Below are positions 10,909 to 21,584 of a DNA stretch of 64,000 bases, piece by piece. The position numbers and the translations under genes were made by a program. Within the stretch, counting starts at the first letter, position 1. Each line of letters starts with the position of its first letter. Below the pieces are notes generated by a model. The model did no database searches. It saw only the letters and a list, made by a program, of their open reading frames with translations, and was not told where the DNA came from. The DNA is from Corallochytrium limacisporum Hawaii (taxonomy: Eukaryota; Protista; Pluriformea), in the NCBI GenBank assembly GCA_002811645.1, contig PDIP01000022.1, positions 289,509 through 353,508 on the forward strand, given 5' to 3'.

Positions 10909-12063
10909 ATGGCACCCAACAGTCGGGCACCGCTTGAAGCCAGAGACTTCTGGCGCAGCATGGACCCACCATCTGACATTCCGGGGTTGCGGCTTCGGTT
11001 CGTGCGCATTCCTAAGACAGACGAGGAATACCAGCGTCGGAAAGCGAAAGGCGAGGCGGACTGCGTCATACCTTACACCGGAGCCACCATTCGCGTCGCG
11101 GAATGTGGTGATCCTCGGGATCCCTTGCTTTTATTTGTACATGGCTGGCCCGAGGGTTGGTTCAGTTGGCGCCACCAGCTCAACCACTACGCCCGCACCG
11201 GTCGCTACCACTGTGTAGCAGTTGACGTTCGCGGTTTTGGTATGAGCGAACCCTGGACTGGGGATGACCACGATTATGACCTCGATCATGTGCGTCTCGA
11301 CTTGCTCGGTGTGGTAAGGGCTCTGGGCCATCGGCGCGCTTGCTACGTTGGCCATGACTTTGGTGCTCTGCTCGGATGGTGGGTGTGTCTGCGCCACAGC
11401 GACGTCTTTCCTGCGATGATCATGATCTCCATCCCGCACGTAGGCCATGAGAAGGTCAATCCGAAGGACCGCTACGAGAAAGTCTGGGGGGAGAATTTCT
11501 TTTACATTAACTACCACAACGAAGATGGTGGCAAAACGGCCGCGGCAGAGTATCAATCAGACACTAGACACTTCCTAATCAATTATGTCAATGAAATGCC
11601 TATTTACGGCTCAAAAGATGGTATCAGTCCGAAGATCACTGACACACGAAGGTCAGCAGGTGGCATCCTAGACCGCTATCCCCGTCTCACCAAACTACCG
11701 GATTGGATCACAGCTCAGGAGTTTGACTACATGGTCAAGGAACATGAGATGGCCGGCTGGCGGGCCTGTACAGGCCTATACCGCAACTTTGAGCGCAACT
11801 GGTACCAAACGGCTGAACTTAAGGGGCAGAAACTAACACAGGAATGTTTGTTTGTCTGTGGAGACAATGACCCGGCACTTGCACTATTTCCTTCAAAGGA
11901 GGCGATCCGCAAGATCCTCACTCGCGAAGTACCGAAAGTACAAATTGAGTTCGTGCCTGCCACAGGCCATCTAGTTTACCAAGAAGCCCACACCACAGTC
12001 AACGGCATGATGGATGCATACTTGAAGCGAAACTGGCCAGGAGGAAACACTAGTCGATTGTAA
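10909..12063 (+). CDS. Soluble epoxide hydrolase (alpha/beta hydrolase), probably peroxisomal
   Basis: HGWPE oxyanion motif, GHDFG nucleophile Asp, Tyr residues in FFYINY and LYRN, acid in GDND, His in TGHL. C-terminal SRL is a PTS1 signal. Confidence 0.92.
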   Translation: MAPNSRAPLEARDFWRSMDPPSDIPGLRLRFVRIPKTDEEYQRRKAKGEADCVIPYTGATIRVAECGDPRDPLLLFVHGWPEGWFSWRHQLNHYARTGRYHCVAVDVRGFGMSEPWTGDDHDYDLDHVRLDLLGVVRALGHRRACYVGHDFGALLGWWVCLRHSDVFPAMIMISIPHVGHEKVNPKDRYEKVWGENFFYINYHNEDGGKTAAAEYQSDTRHFLINYVNEMPIYGSKDGISPKITDTRRSAGGILDRYPRLTKLPDWITAQEFDYMVKEHEMAGWRACTGLYRNFERNWYQTAELKGQKLTQECLFVCGDNDPALALFPSKEAIRKILTREVPKVQIEFVPATGHLVYQEAHTTVNGMMDAYLKRNWPGGNTSRL

Positions 12064-12097
12064 TTGAATATAAAGTTATGAGTACTCACGCACAATC

Positions 12098-14149
12098 TCA
12101 CTGCACCACCCGATCAAGCATGAACTTGATGTGCTCCGGCTGACGGAGGACGCGAGGAAGCTTGACCTGCTGGGGAGCACCCCCGGCAAGGATGAGCTCT
12201 CGGCGGAAATCGCTAAACATGTTCGGCTTCACCACGAACACATTAACCCTGTCAAGCATCCCCTTGCTACGAAACAATCCATAGAGTTCGTTGCGGGATC
12301 GTAGCTCATGGTCAATCGATTCAATTTCTGCTGAAGATAGGCCATCGTCCGGGGCCCGTGCAGCCGTGGACGCTTTACCACTGCCCCACAGCCAGCCAAA
12401 CCAGCTGCCAGAGTTAGTAGTGGGAGTAGCGCGAGCGCCGGTCCCTTCGAGGGACGAAGCCTCTTCAAGTTCGACAAAGATGTGGTACGCAGGTGCAGCT
12501 CGAGTCACTCCAAAAGCAGTCAATGATGGCTCCTCAGCGACGGTGAATCCCTTAAGAATTCGACCATTGCACCACTGGACCTGCATGAGAGAATCGGAGA
12601 GTACAGCTTCGCTGGTCTTCTCTCCCCGGAGGTTGATAAGCTGACCGCGTCGGTAGCAAAATTGCACGATCGGCGCGCGCTTGTAGCAGCCTGTGATACG
12701 CACCACGTCACCGAAGCGATAGCGGAAGAGGCCGCACTTCGTAGTGATGACTAACTCGTAGTCCTTACCGACTTCGCCCTTGTGTGAGGGAATGATCGCT
12801 TCACCCACTCGCTCATCGGGAGTGCCGACAGGGATCAGTTCGTAGTACATTGCCGATGGTGCAAGTACGTAAGTCACTTTCTTTGGATCCGCGTCACCGA
12901 ACGGTCCCTTGTTTGGCTTACCATCCATGATATTCACAGCCACCAGTCCTTCCGATGCTGCATACAGAGGGCTGTAGATGGGCATCTTGCCGTAATCCTG
13001 GCACAATCGCTCCCAGTAGAACTCAAACGCCCCAGTATTTACAGACAGGAGCATGTTCATCTTGGGCCAGAGAGCGCGAAAGACGTTTGGTTTGTTCTGT
13101 TCGCTTTGCCTCTGTTCATCCTTGGAAAACAGTTCATGACACACAAGACTCAATTCCTTCGCCCGCTCCAGGCTCGCGCTGCCACCACCCGGAATGCGGT
13201 GTAGTAGCTGGTTCAGCTCATGCTTTCCCTGTGTCGAAACAGACGGAAGTAGATCCTTCTGTGCTCCTTCATTCATGGATGGCGTCACACTGCATTGTGC
13301 AAGACAGGCTAATAGTTCTGGCCAACGCGTGCGAATGGTCTCCATAAATCCGTAGATTCCAGGCACAAAATTACTCTCCAAGTGGCCCAGTGACCGGTCC
13401 CGCAGTGCAAATAAAGCATGGATGAAGATCATGTCCCGCTCATCCTCCGTGATGTAGGCCTGCATCGGAGTGCTATAGAGGTTTGCTTGTGCTTTGGAGT
13501 CGTCTGGGGTACTGCTGTTGGGACCAATCCGGAGACCATCCGATTCATTAACACTGTAGGAGGGCACGTAGGTTAGTTTGGTTGACCGCTGCAAGCTCCA
13601 GCACTGGGGAAATGCCTTAAACATTTGATCAAAGATCACAGCAATGCCGTGCAGGAAGAATATTTTCTGCTGATCCTCCGTGATTGGCAGCAACTTCCGG
13701 CTACCACTTGTTCCGCTGGTCTCAGCCCACATTTTCAGGCGCTTGGCCAGCAGGTGCCCGGTGGTGCCTTGGTCCTTCATTACCTTGAACCACTTCTTGT
13801 AATGATCATACTCGGTGACGGGATGTCTCTGGCGAAATCGCTCTACGACAGCATGAGGATTCTTTGTGTTGACCACCTGTGGAAACCCATACTCCTTTCC
13901 GTACACTGTGTATGCATTGGGCTTTATTGCTTCTTGCAGGAACTTTGCTTGGTGGTCCCGATAGGTCTCGCATTCTTTGTCAAAAGCTTTCCGCCTCATG
14001 TGGCCGATCAGGGACATAACCCGATATTGAATGTACTGATCTGCTGCTGAAAAGAAGGTATGGGTATCTGACTTTTGCATGGTGAAGCCATCGTAGATAG
14101 GAAAGGCCAGAAAGACACCCAAGCCAAAGCTGGTGACACGCCCAATCAT
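12098..14149 (-). CDS. GH3-family acyl acid-amido synthetase-like protein (GHDC-like)
   Basis: TSGTSG P-loop, YAASEG, YELVITT..GLFRYRFGDVV, GEKTSE and C-terminal QVKLPRVL are GH3 family motifs. Confidence 0.93.
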   Translation of the reverse strand: MIGRVTSFGLGVFLAFPIYDGFTMQKSDTHTFFSAADQYIQYRVMSLIGHMRRKAFDKECETYRDHQAKFLQEAIKPNAYTVYGKEYGFPQVVNTKNPHAVVERFRQRHPVTEYDHYKKWFKVMKDQGTTGHLLAKRLKMWAETSGTSGSRKLLPITEDQQKIFFLHGIAVIFDQMFKAFPQCWSLQRSTKLTYVPSYSVNESDGLRIGPNSSTPDDSKAQANLYSTPMQAYITEDERDMIFIHALFALRDRSLGHLESNFVPGIYGFMETIRTRWPELLACLAQCSVTPSMNEGAQKDLLPSVSTQGKHELNQLLHRIPGGGSASLERAKELSLVCHELFSKDEQRQSEQNKPNVFRALWPKMNMLLSVNTGAFEFYWERLCQDYGKMPIYSPLYAASEGLVAVNIMDGKPNKGPFGDADPKKVTYVLAPSAMYYELIPVGTPDERVGEAIIPSHKGEVGKDYELVITTKCGLFRYRFGDVVRITGCYKRAPIVQFCYRRGQLINLRGEKTSEAVLSDSLMQVQWCNGRILKGFTVAEEPSLTAFGVTRAAPAYHIFVELEEASSLEGTGARATPTTNSGSWFGWLWGSGKASTAARAPDDGLSSAEIESIDHELRSRNELYGLFRSKGMLDRVNVFVVKPNMFSDFRRELILAGGAPQQVKLPRVLRQPEHIKFMLDRVVQ

Positions 14150-14626
14150 GATTCATTCAGACAAAGGCTGTCCATGCGAGTTTGACATATGCGTTCACAT
14201 CGCGACTAGCACTCATTCACAATCGGGCTATAGGTTCCGATAGCAGTATCTGTATGATTCCCAGCGTGATCTACCGTAGGCCTGAAACAGCTGCTTGAGG
14301 ATAAGCTGTCATTCGTGTCGCGGTGGAGACAAGCTGTGACACAATAGTCCCCTCCGGGGCCAGGGCGGGGAAAGGAATTGCATAAGTATCCGCTGACGCA
14401 GGTTCAGAACGTGGGCTGACAAGGCTTCTTAGGGCTACAGGGAGTTAAGAATAAACCAAGGACGTGTATTTTGGCTGATGATGTAAGATCCGTGTTTGAA
14501 GGTTTTCCCGGAGAATTCATATGATCTTGCTTCATCCTGCTTTTTTTTTTGTTTGTTTCTTTGGTACAGATATTGACATGATGCCGAAAGAGAGAAGTCA
14601 AGTTTCAGAATGAGATGATGAATAGT

Positions 14627-16678
14627 TTACTGTCCCTGACGGAGACCACCCCGGCCAGCAATCTTTGTCTTAGAGTACAGGTCGTCGATCTGCTTCTGGT
14701 AGCGCTCCTTAGCTTGAGGACGGCGCAATTTGAAGGTAGGGGTCATGACGCTCTGTTCCTCTTCGGGGGTCCACGGGTTCACCTCAATGTGCACTCCCTT
14801 GGGGATCTCGAAACCATGTAGCTTGTTCTCCTTACCGACACGGGTCAACTCGTTGAGAACGGCCTTTCGAGTCGCTTCGCTGTTTGGCTGCTGCGCGTCG
14901 ACTCCGTTGGCAGAGCACCACTTAGGGAAGGCTTCGGGGTCGACAACAATGATGGCAACCAAATGGGGCTGAAGGGAATCACCGTAAACAAAGTTCTGGG
15001 CAACGATTGGGGCCTTAATGAACACGTTCTCAATCTTCTCGGCTGCAACATACTCACCCTGAGCCAGCTTGAAGATGTTCTTCTTGCGATCAATGATCTT
15101 AACAGAACCGTTGGGGCGCAGTTCACCAATGTCACCAGAGTGCAACCAGCCGTCCTTGTCGATTGTCTCTGCGGTCTTTTCGGGCATCTTGTAGTATCCC
15201 TTGAAGATGTTAGCTCCGCGGTAACAGACCTCACCCCGAGGGTATGGTTTGTCCGTGGCGGTGTAGTTCATTTCAGGCACGTCCTCAAGCTTGAGCTCCA
15301 TGCATGGCAGAGGTCCACCAACATGACCAATGGTGGTGTCCTCTGGGAGAGTCACACAAGCGCCAGCGGAGCACTCCGTCTGGCCATATCCCTCAACGAC
15401 CGGGCAGCAGAAGACAATACGCAAGAACTCCATGACATGGGGAGCAATAGGAGCAGCACCGGTAACCATGACCCTGACTCGGTCCAGACCCACGCGACTG
15501 CCGACCTTCTTGAACACAAGTGCATCCCAAATACTGTGAGTGTAGTATCCGTACTCGAGCCAGTACTTCTTGGACTCGTACGCAGTCATGAAGAGCTGTT
15601 TCTTGATGCCACCCTGCTCTTCAACGCCACCCATAACCTTGTCGTAAATGCGGTTCCAAAGACGAGGAACAGAAGGGAAGAGCGTGGGACGAAGGGACGC
15701 AATGTCCTCCAACAGCTTAAGGGCATCTCCACGATAGAAACCGATTCGGGAGCCGAAGGCAATCAGACCTGCAACGATGGCCTGCTCAAAAATGTGGGCC
15801 AGGGGCAAGTAGCTCAGATGCACATCCTCAGTGTTGAACTGGATGTAGTCGCCGGACAGAAGGGCAGAGGTGTCGGCAATGATGCAGGAGTGGGCAAGTA
15901 GCACACCCTTGGGCATTCCGGTGGTACCAGAGGTGTAAGACAGAATTGCAATGTCCTCGGGTTTGGCGGGGACCAGAGTAGGCTTGGTCAACTTCTCTCC
16001 GGCCTCGTAGATCTGTTCCATGGTAAATACCTTGAAACCATCCAGGCTACCCTTGCATTTTTCTCCATCCAGAGGTAGCTCAATGATGTTCTTGAGCGTG
16101 GGGCACTTCTTGTCCAGACCACTCAGGACCTGGAACTTGTCAGTGGAAGCCAGGATCGTAGACATCTTGGTCTGGTTCACAACGTACTCGATGGTGTCGT
16201 AGCCAAGGGTGTCGTACAGTGGAACGACGGTGACGTTCGTGCAGTGGCAGGCCATTTGAGCAACGAACCACTCCATGCGATTCTTGCAGTAGAAACCGAT
16301 CTTCCGGGGAAGAATGTCACCAGGTTCCTCTACAGGAACCAGATTCAGGGCCTCGATGCCCTTGCCGAACTTTTGCACGAGCTCGTTCGTCTCACCGTAG
16401 GTCAGGAATTCGAAGTCACCGTAGGTCTTACGGTCGGCCTGCAGATAGCGCTTTCCAATGCATGGGTAGTCCTTATAGCGGCGGGTAGAACCCAGCCAGG
16501 TCTCAGCCAGTGTCTTGGGAGAGCTACCATCGGACAGGGTGCCGCTAGTGGTGAGAGCATCCTGATGCTTGACGTTGCGGTAAGTGTCAGATTCGCCATC
16601 CTTGCCCTTAGACACGGGCACGGCGTAGACGGGCGATTCCATCTTTTCCGCGGTTACGTAAGAGGTGACGTTACCCAT
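14627..16678 (-). CDS. Long-chain fatty acyl-CoA synthetase (ACSL)
   Basis: YTSGTTGMPKG, SYLPLAHIFE, EGYGQTE, GWLHSGDIG, IIDRKKNIFKLAQGEYVA. First ATG at 16678 gives MGNVTS (N-myristoylation-type MGxxxS). Strong codon bias. Confidence 0.97.
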   Translation of the reverse strand: MGNVTSYVTAEKMESPVYAVPVSKGKDGESDTYRNVKHQDALTTSGTLSDGSSPKTLAETWLGSTRRYKDYPCIGKRYLQADRKTYGDFEFLTYGETNELVQKFGKGIEALNLVPVEEPGDILPRKIGFYCKNRMEWFVAQMACHCTNVTVVPLYDTLGYDTIEYVVNQTKMSTILASTDKFQVLSGLDKKCPTLKNIIELPLDGEKCKGSLDGFKVFTMEQIYEAGEKLTKPTLVPAKPEDIAILSYTSGTTGMPKGVLLAHSCIIADTSALLSGDYIQFNTEDVHLSYLPLAHIFEQAIVAGLIAFGSRIGFYRGDALKLLEDIASLRPTLFPSVPRLWNRIYDKVMGGVEEQGGIKKQLFMTAYESKKYWLEYGYYTHSIWDALVFKKVGSRVGLDRVRVMVTGAAPIAPHVMEFLRIVFCCPVVEGYGQTECSAGACVTLPEDTTIGHVGGPLPCMELKLEDVPEMNYTATDKPYPRGEVCYRGANIFKGYYKMPEKTAETIDKDGWLHSGDIGELRPNGSVKIIDRKKNIFKLAQGEYVAAEKIENVFIKAPIVAQNFVYGDSLQPHLVAIIVVDPEAFPKWCSANGVDAQQPNSEATRKAVLNELTRVGKENKLHGFEIPKGVHIEVNPWTPEEEQSVMTPTFKLRRPQAKERYQKQIDDLYSKTKIAGRGGLRQGQ

Positions 16679-18080
16679 GATGTATTTGTTTGGCTTTTTC
16701 ACAGGTCGGTACGGAACTTTGATACCAACTATACTGACGTCCGCAAGAACTCCGTACTGGGAGTTGTCGTGATTCTTTAGTAGGAGGAGCGCGACAGAGG
16801 CTGATCGATCGTACTCATGCCAAGACAAAAGAGGGCTCCAAACAATCACAAATCTACCCTCCCACAGGAAGTAACAGACAAAGAACAGTCACACCGCACC
16901 ACGATCCACAACGCCTTGTTGTCATCGGTACGTGCTACCTACTGGAAGCGTACCCCCCCTCCTCCCCTTCACATCCCTCCCCAACACCCGCGGCGATTCC
17001 TACTCCGTCAGCCAGTTCGGATTCCAATACCCAAGCCATAAGCATCGCACCGACGGCACTGCCGCAAACAGCTACACATCACTCACCCACACAGGCACGA
17101 ATAAGATCCACGTACGCCCCATTACTCCTTGCGCGACAGCCAACCAAACCCTTCAATGACACCTCACCCATCCCCCACATTTCGGAAGAAAACAAACACC
17201 CATCTCCCTCCCCACCTCACTTACTTCCCGGCCTGCCCCGAACCAGGGAAGCAAAACAAAAAACCAAAAGAAAAAGGAAAAAAAAAAAAGAGAACAGAGA
17301 AAAGAGAAAAAAAAGCAGGGGAAGAATACTGGCCAACAGAGAATGATTTTGGAAATTAAAACCTGGCCAAAGTCAAAAAGACTGAATATCCCATACCACC
17401 GCATTATTTGCCCTTCGGGACTTTGGGCCATGATCGCGATATGAGCGAGAAAAAGGCGATGCGCAAGCACCGAAGCGTAAAGATTGACACCCCTCTCTCC
17501 TCCTCCGGCAAACAAAATAAATAAAACAAAAAAAAGGGGGAATGCTTGCTTGGTATGCGATGGATCATTCCACTGCAGCACGAAACGGGAGGCGGGTTTG
17601 TGGGGGGGGGGGAGGAGGAGGAGAGAATGGGGAAAGCATCGCTCGGCGGTCATTGGCTACCCCGCACCGAGGGAACCCCGAACTGGAGAATCACCAAAAA
17701 CAATTTACCTGCAAAACATATGAGGGAGAAGAGGTCCCCCGCCCCCACAGTAGGTACTAGACTTGGATGCTTAGCACAAAACGCCGGCAGAAACTATGAA
17801 AAATAGGGGGAGGAGGGGAGGGGCGGTTTAAGTTTTTGGTTGATTGTGTAGGCTCGGGTTTTTGCGATAGGTAGGAAGCGACCAATAACGAAGAGATCAG
17901 CGGCATTTTTTAGCCAGGCCAGAGGAAAGTACGGACATAATTCCAACGCCTGTCTGCGCGGTGATTGATGCGCGACCCAACAACAAACGAACCAAAGAGA
18001 GTCCAAATGAAATTAATCAAAAGAGAGAGAGAGGGAGAGAGAGAGAGAGAGAACACGAGAGACAGCAGACAGGCAAGCCA

Positions 18081-18176
18081 AGGGGGGAACATACCCCCCC
18101 CCCCCCGGGGGGCGCCCGACGGGGCGACAGGGGGAACCTCCCCCCCCCCCCCCGGGGGGCGCCTGACGGGTCGACA
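18081..18176. repeat. Two tandem copies of a 47-48 bp GC-rich unit, each with a C13-14/G6 palindromic core
   Basis: G(5-6)AAC..C(13-14)G6CGCCYGACGGGKCGACA occurs twice in direct succession. Confidence 0.85.
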
Positions 18177-20066
18177 CTGATACTCTTCGCCCTGGTGCCG
18201 AGTTTCTGAACAGTGACACACACAGTCCGGACGGACGCTCTGCCAGTTAGTGATGAACACCACCAGCACGCAGAGTGCACACATATACAATGGACAATGA
18301 GAAGACAATTTAATTTGATCTACGCTTCTCATCAACATGGAATCCGCACCCAGCCGGCATTTAGGGTACGCGGGAATAATGTCATAATCGTCCAGCATTT
18401 CCGACCAACCGCAGCACAGTACGGGGACATGCCCCATTCGCCAACACACCCTCCACACGCTAGCTGGCGTGCCCCTTAGATGCTCAGTCGCTGGCACGGT
18501 ACTGTATGCCCGGGTGGACGCGACTTTAGGTTTCGATTTTTTTTTGGTTTGCCAGCGGGTAGTGCGCAAGGCTGACACTTTGCACTTGTACGTGGTTGTA
18601 GCGGTGAAGTTTTGAAGGGCGGGGAGTGATTATGCTGCGTATCATTCTCAATCCATCCCGTTTTGTTCATGATCAGTGAATAACCCATATTCATTATTTA
18701 TATGCATGAATGCAAGCAATTATGAGAGAGAGTGTGTCTGTGGCAGGTTGCGGATGTGTGTACACAAGACCGATGATCGATGCTGGTATTGAACTCGCAG
18801 AGCAAGCATGCGTTTTTCTGGAGCACGCTACTACCATGCATGCATGCACACCGAAGTTGTTACACCGACAAGGACACGATGATGGCTAAGGTGATGATGG
18901 CTGGGAAGGAAACGAATGAGAGGACTAGGCCATCATTGCATATCAAACGTGGATTCGTTCTAACTCCGTGTCTACCGGAGTGAGGTGTTTACTCTAGCGT
19001 GTTCCTCCAACCAGGATCCCGTGCCGAGCACAGTTTGTGATTTCCACATCGACTATCAAGACAACTGCACATTGAGGTAAAAAGGTTAGAAATCTTCTGA
19101 ACGCAAGTTTAGAAATGACTTCAGGTTGAAACCACTTCACTTCGCCACTGCTAAAATACTGGAAAGGTAACAAAACACGGAACACAACTAGGTTCTTGGC
19201 TTGGCCATTGAATGCACGACTGCGCAGGCACCAGCCATTCTAAGCGTCACCCCAGAGCCCCCCTCGACAGTCATCGGAAAAAGCCAGCGCAGTTCACTCT
19301 GGCGAAATCTGCTTGGGGGTACAATTAGTATTGGACACAAACGGGAGGGAGGCGACGAGTGACAACACGGTGTGTTGTTCAGACCTTTAAGTGTACCGGT
19401 GGTACTAACTAACTAGTACGGGAGGGTGACCCTTTCAACATCAGAGACACGCAGACCCATTGTTTCTGGTGACACTGGTCAGCATAAGGAGCTTAATTTC
19501 GTTAACGATGTACTAGTAGGGTTCAGTTTCATTGTGAGGAGGCGGGACATTCGGGTTTTGCCTGTTCTGAACTGCCCAAGCGGGGGCTTGAGTGAGCACG
19601 GTGGGCGCTGGGTTCAGTAGTTCTCCAATACTACATCTCATTCACCCGGTGGCACATTCCTTTGGCTCCAAGTCCCGTGAATGGGATACCGCATAGTCCT
19701 ATGGTTTCAGCGAGCCAGCGGATTTGAACAAGAAAACAGTTAATGTCCTTATGTGTGCATTGGAGTGCTCTGTGTGGTTTTGGGTGATAGCCCATGACTC
19801 GTAATCTCGTCCAACGCAAGACTGCGGAAGACATGGAATGTCAGGCGGAGGGGACCCAGCCATAAACGATACCAGACCGTTGCAATATTATCGTCCCCTC
19901 AGTCTCTTGCATAAGCCCGCCTGGAATTCTCTCTATTTGTCTCCCTGCCATGGTGGTAGCGTTGAGCAACAAGCGTTTGTCACGGTCCAGAATGTCTATA
20001 TCATGATTAAGTGGGCAGTGATGATGTTAAAAAAATGTTGATGAAACCGAATAATCTAGAAGATGC

Positions 20067-21584
20067 TTACACTTGGTCCTGGCGGGCCTTGTCTTCGCGC
20101 TCCTTGAAGGACAGCTCCATGTCGTTGGGAAGTCCGAAGGTGGCACCCATGGTGATGAGACCGAAGACAGTCATCATAATCCAGGGCACCCAGCGTGCAG
20201 CCGGGAAGTCAGCGAACTGAGTGCTAGACCAAATGATACCAGCCAAAGCAGGGCCAGCAGCGCGTGCACCGGAGGCAAAGGTCTGGCCAATACCGTTGGC
20301 ATATCCTAGATCCTCAGGGGCCACAGCGTTGTTGGACAGAATGATGATACCCGTGAAAGCAGTCAAGTTGAACACACCACGCATGCACATGATAGCAAGC
20401 ATGTATACCCAAGTGAGCCAAGTCTTGTCGTACTCAGCAATGTCATGCATAGATGGGTACAACCAGAAGAGAGCAATCGAGGCGAGCATACCCCAACGGG
20501 CAGCCAACAGGTTGGAGTAAAGCTTAGACTGGCGAGGGAACACGAAGAAAGCGTAGAAGCTCACGAATGCACCCATAGCGGACAGAGCCAATCCGATCTG
20601 GTCAGAGTTGAATCCCAGACCATTGTGTGCCAACTCAGTCTTGGCGAACAGGGGGTAGGTCTCATCAAGCATGATGTAGGTGAAGCACATGAGACCGTAG
20701 CTGGCAAGACCCCACCACATGGGAGCCTTGGAGTACTCGCGCTTCTGGACAGGGCCAGCACCGTCTGCCTTCTTTTCAACCTTCTCCTGCATAACCCAGT
20801 AAATGATGGGCAGGTTCAGCGCCAGCATGCAAGCAGAGACCAGAGAGGGGGCCAGGTAAGGGAAGCGATCGAAGAGAGAACCCGGAGGGAACGCATTGGG
20901 GTACTTTTCGGCGGGGTTGGACAAGAAACCACCAAGGGCGGGAGCCAGGATAGTACCAATGTTCCAGGCAACAGACAGAGCACCGAAGGCAGCCTTAGAG
21001 TTGGTGGAATCCGTGTTCTTGGCGAGGTAAGCCTTCATGGCACCCAGGTTACCGTTCATCAAACCGGTGGCGAAACGAGCAGCCAGTGCAACACTGTAGA
21101 CAGGTGCGGTACCTACAACCAGATGCAGACACATAGCGCTAGTGACAGCGGTCATAGAGACAACCTTGGATCCGTAGCGGTCAGCAACACGACCCCAAAC
21201 AAAGGACAGCAGGAACTGACCAAGAGGGAAGGCAGCGGTCAACAGACCAGCGTAGGTACCGACCTGCTCTTTGGAAATACCCGGGAAAGATTCCACCATG
21301 AAAGGAGCATAGGGGAACAAAATGGAGATCTGGAACGCCTCGCACAACTGCAGCAGAGAGACAACAATGATGGGGCGCCAGGGGAAGGGAGTTTCCTTAG
21401 GGCGCTCGCCCAGCAGAGGGACGTCTTCAGCCTCTTCGGGGATGCGCTCTGCGCCGAGACCGCCGTGGTGTTGCGCACCCTCAAGAGTGCGGCGGGAGCT
21501 CTCTAGGAAGTCCCGGGCGACGGACACGTCGGAGGTGGAGGCATTGTTGAGCTCAAGAGCCCGAGATTCGGGAAGGGAAGTCAT
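20067..21584 (-). CDS. MFS transporter, ZIFL/YCR023C-like (DHA1)
   Basis: 12-TM pattern, motif A WGRVADRYGSK, ARFATGLMNGN, GPA/APALGGFLSNPA, GYANGIGQT..RAAGPA. Confidence 0.93.
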   Translation of the reverse strand: MTSLPESRALELNNASTSDVSVARDFLESSRRTLEGAQHHGGLGAERIPEEAEDVPLLGERPKETPFPWRPIIVVSLLQLCEAFQISILFPYAPFMVESFPGISKEQVGTYAGLLTAAFPLGQFLLSFVWGRVADRYGSKVVSMTAVTSAMCLHLVVGTAPVYSVALAARFATGLMNGNLGAMKAYLAKNTDSTNSKAAFGALSVAWNIGTILAPALGGFLSNPAEKYPNAFPPGSLFDRFPYLAPSLVSACMLALNLPIIYWVMQEKVEKKADGAGPVQKREYSKAPMWWGLASYGLMCFTYIMLDETYPLFAKTELAHNGLGFNSDQIGLALSAMGAFVSFYAFFVFPRQSKLYSNLLAARWGMLASIALFWLYPSMHDIAEYDKTWLTWVYMLAIMCMRGVFNLTAFTGIIILSNNAVAPEDLGYANGIGQTFASGARAAGPALAGIIWSSTQFADFPAARWVPWIMMTVFGLITMGATFGLPNDMELSFKEREDKARQDQV

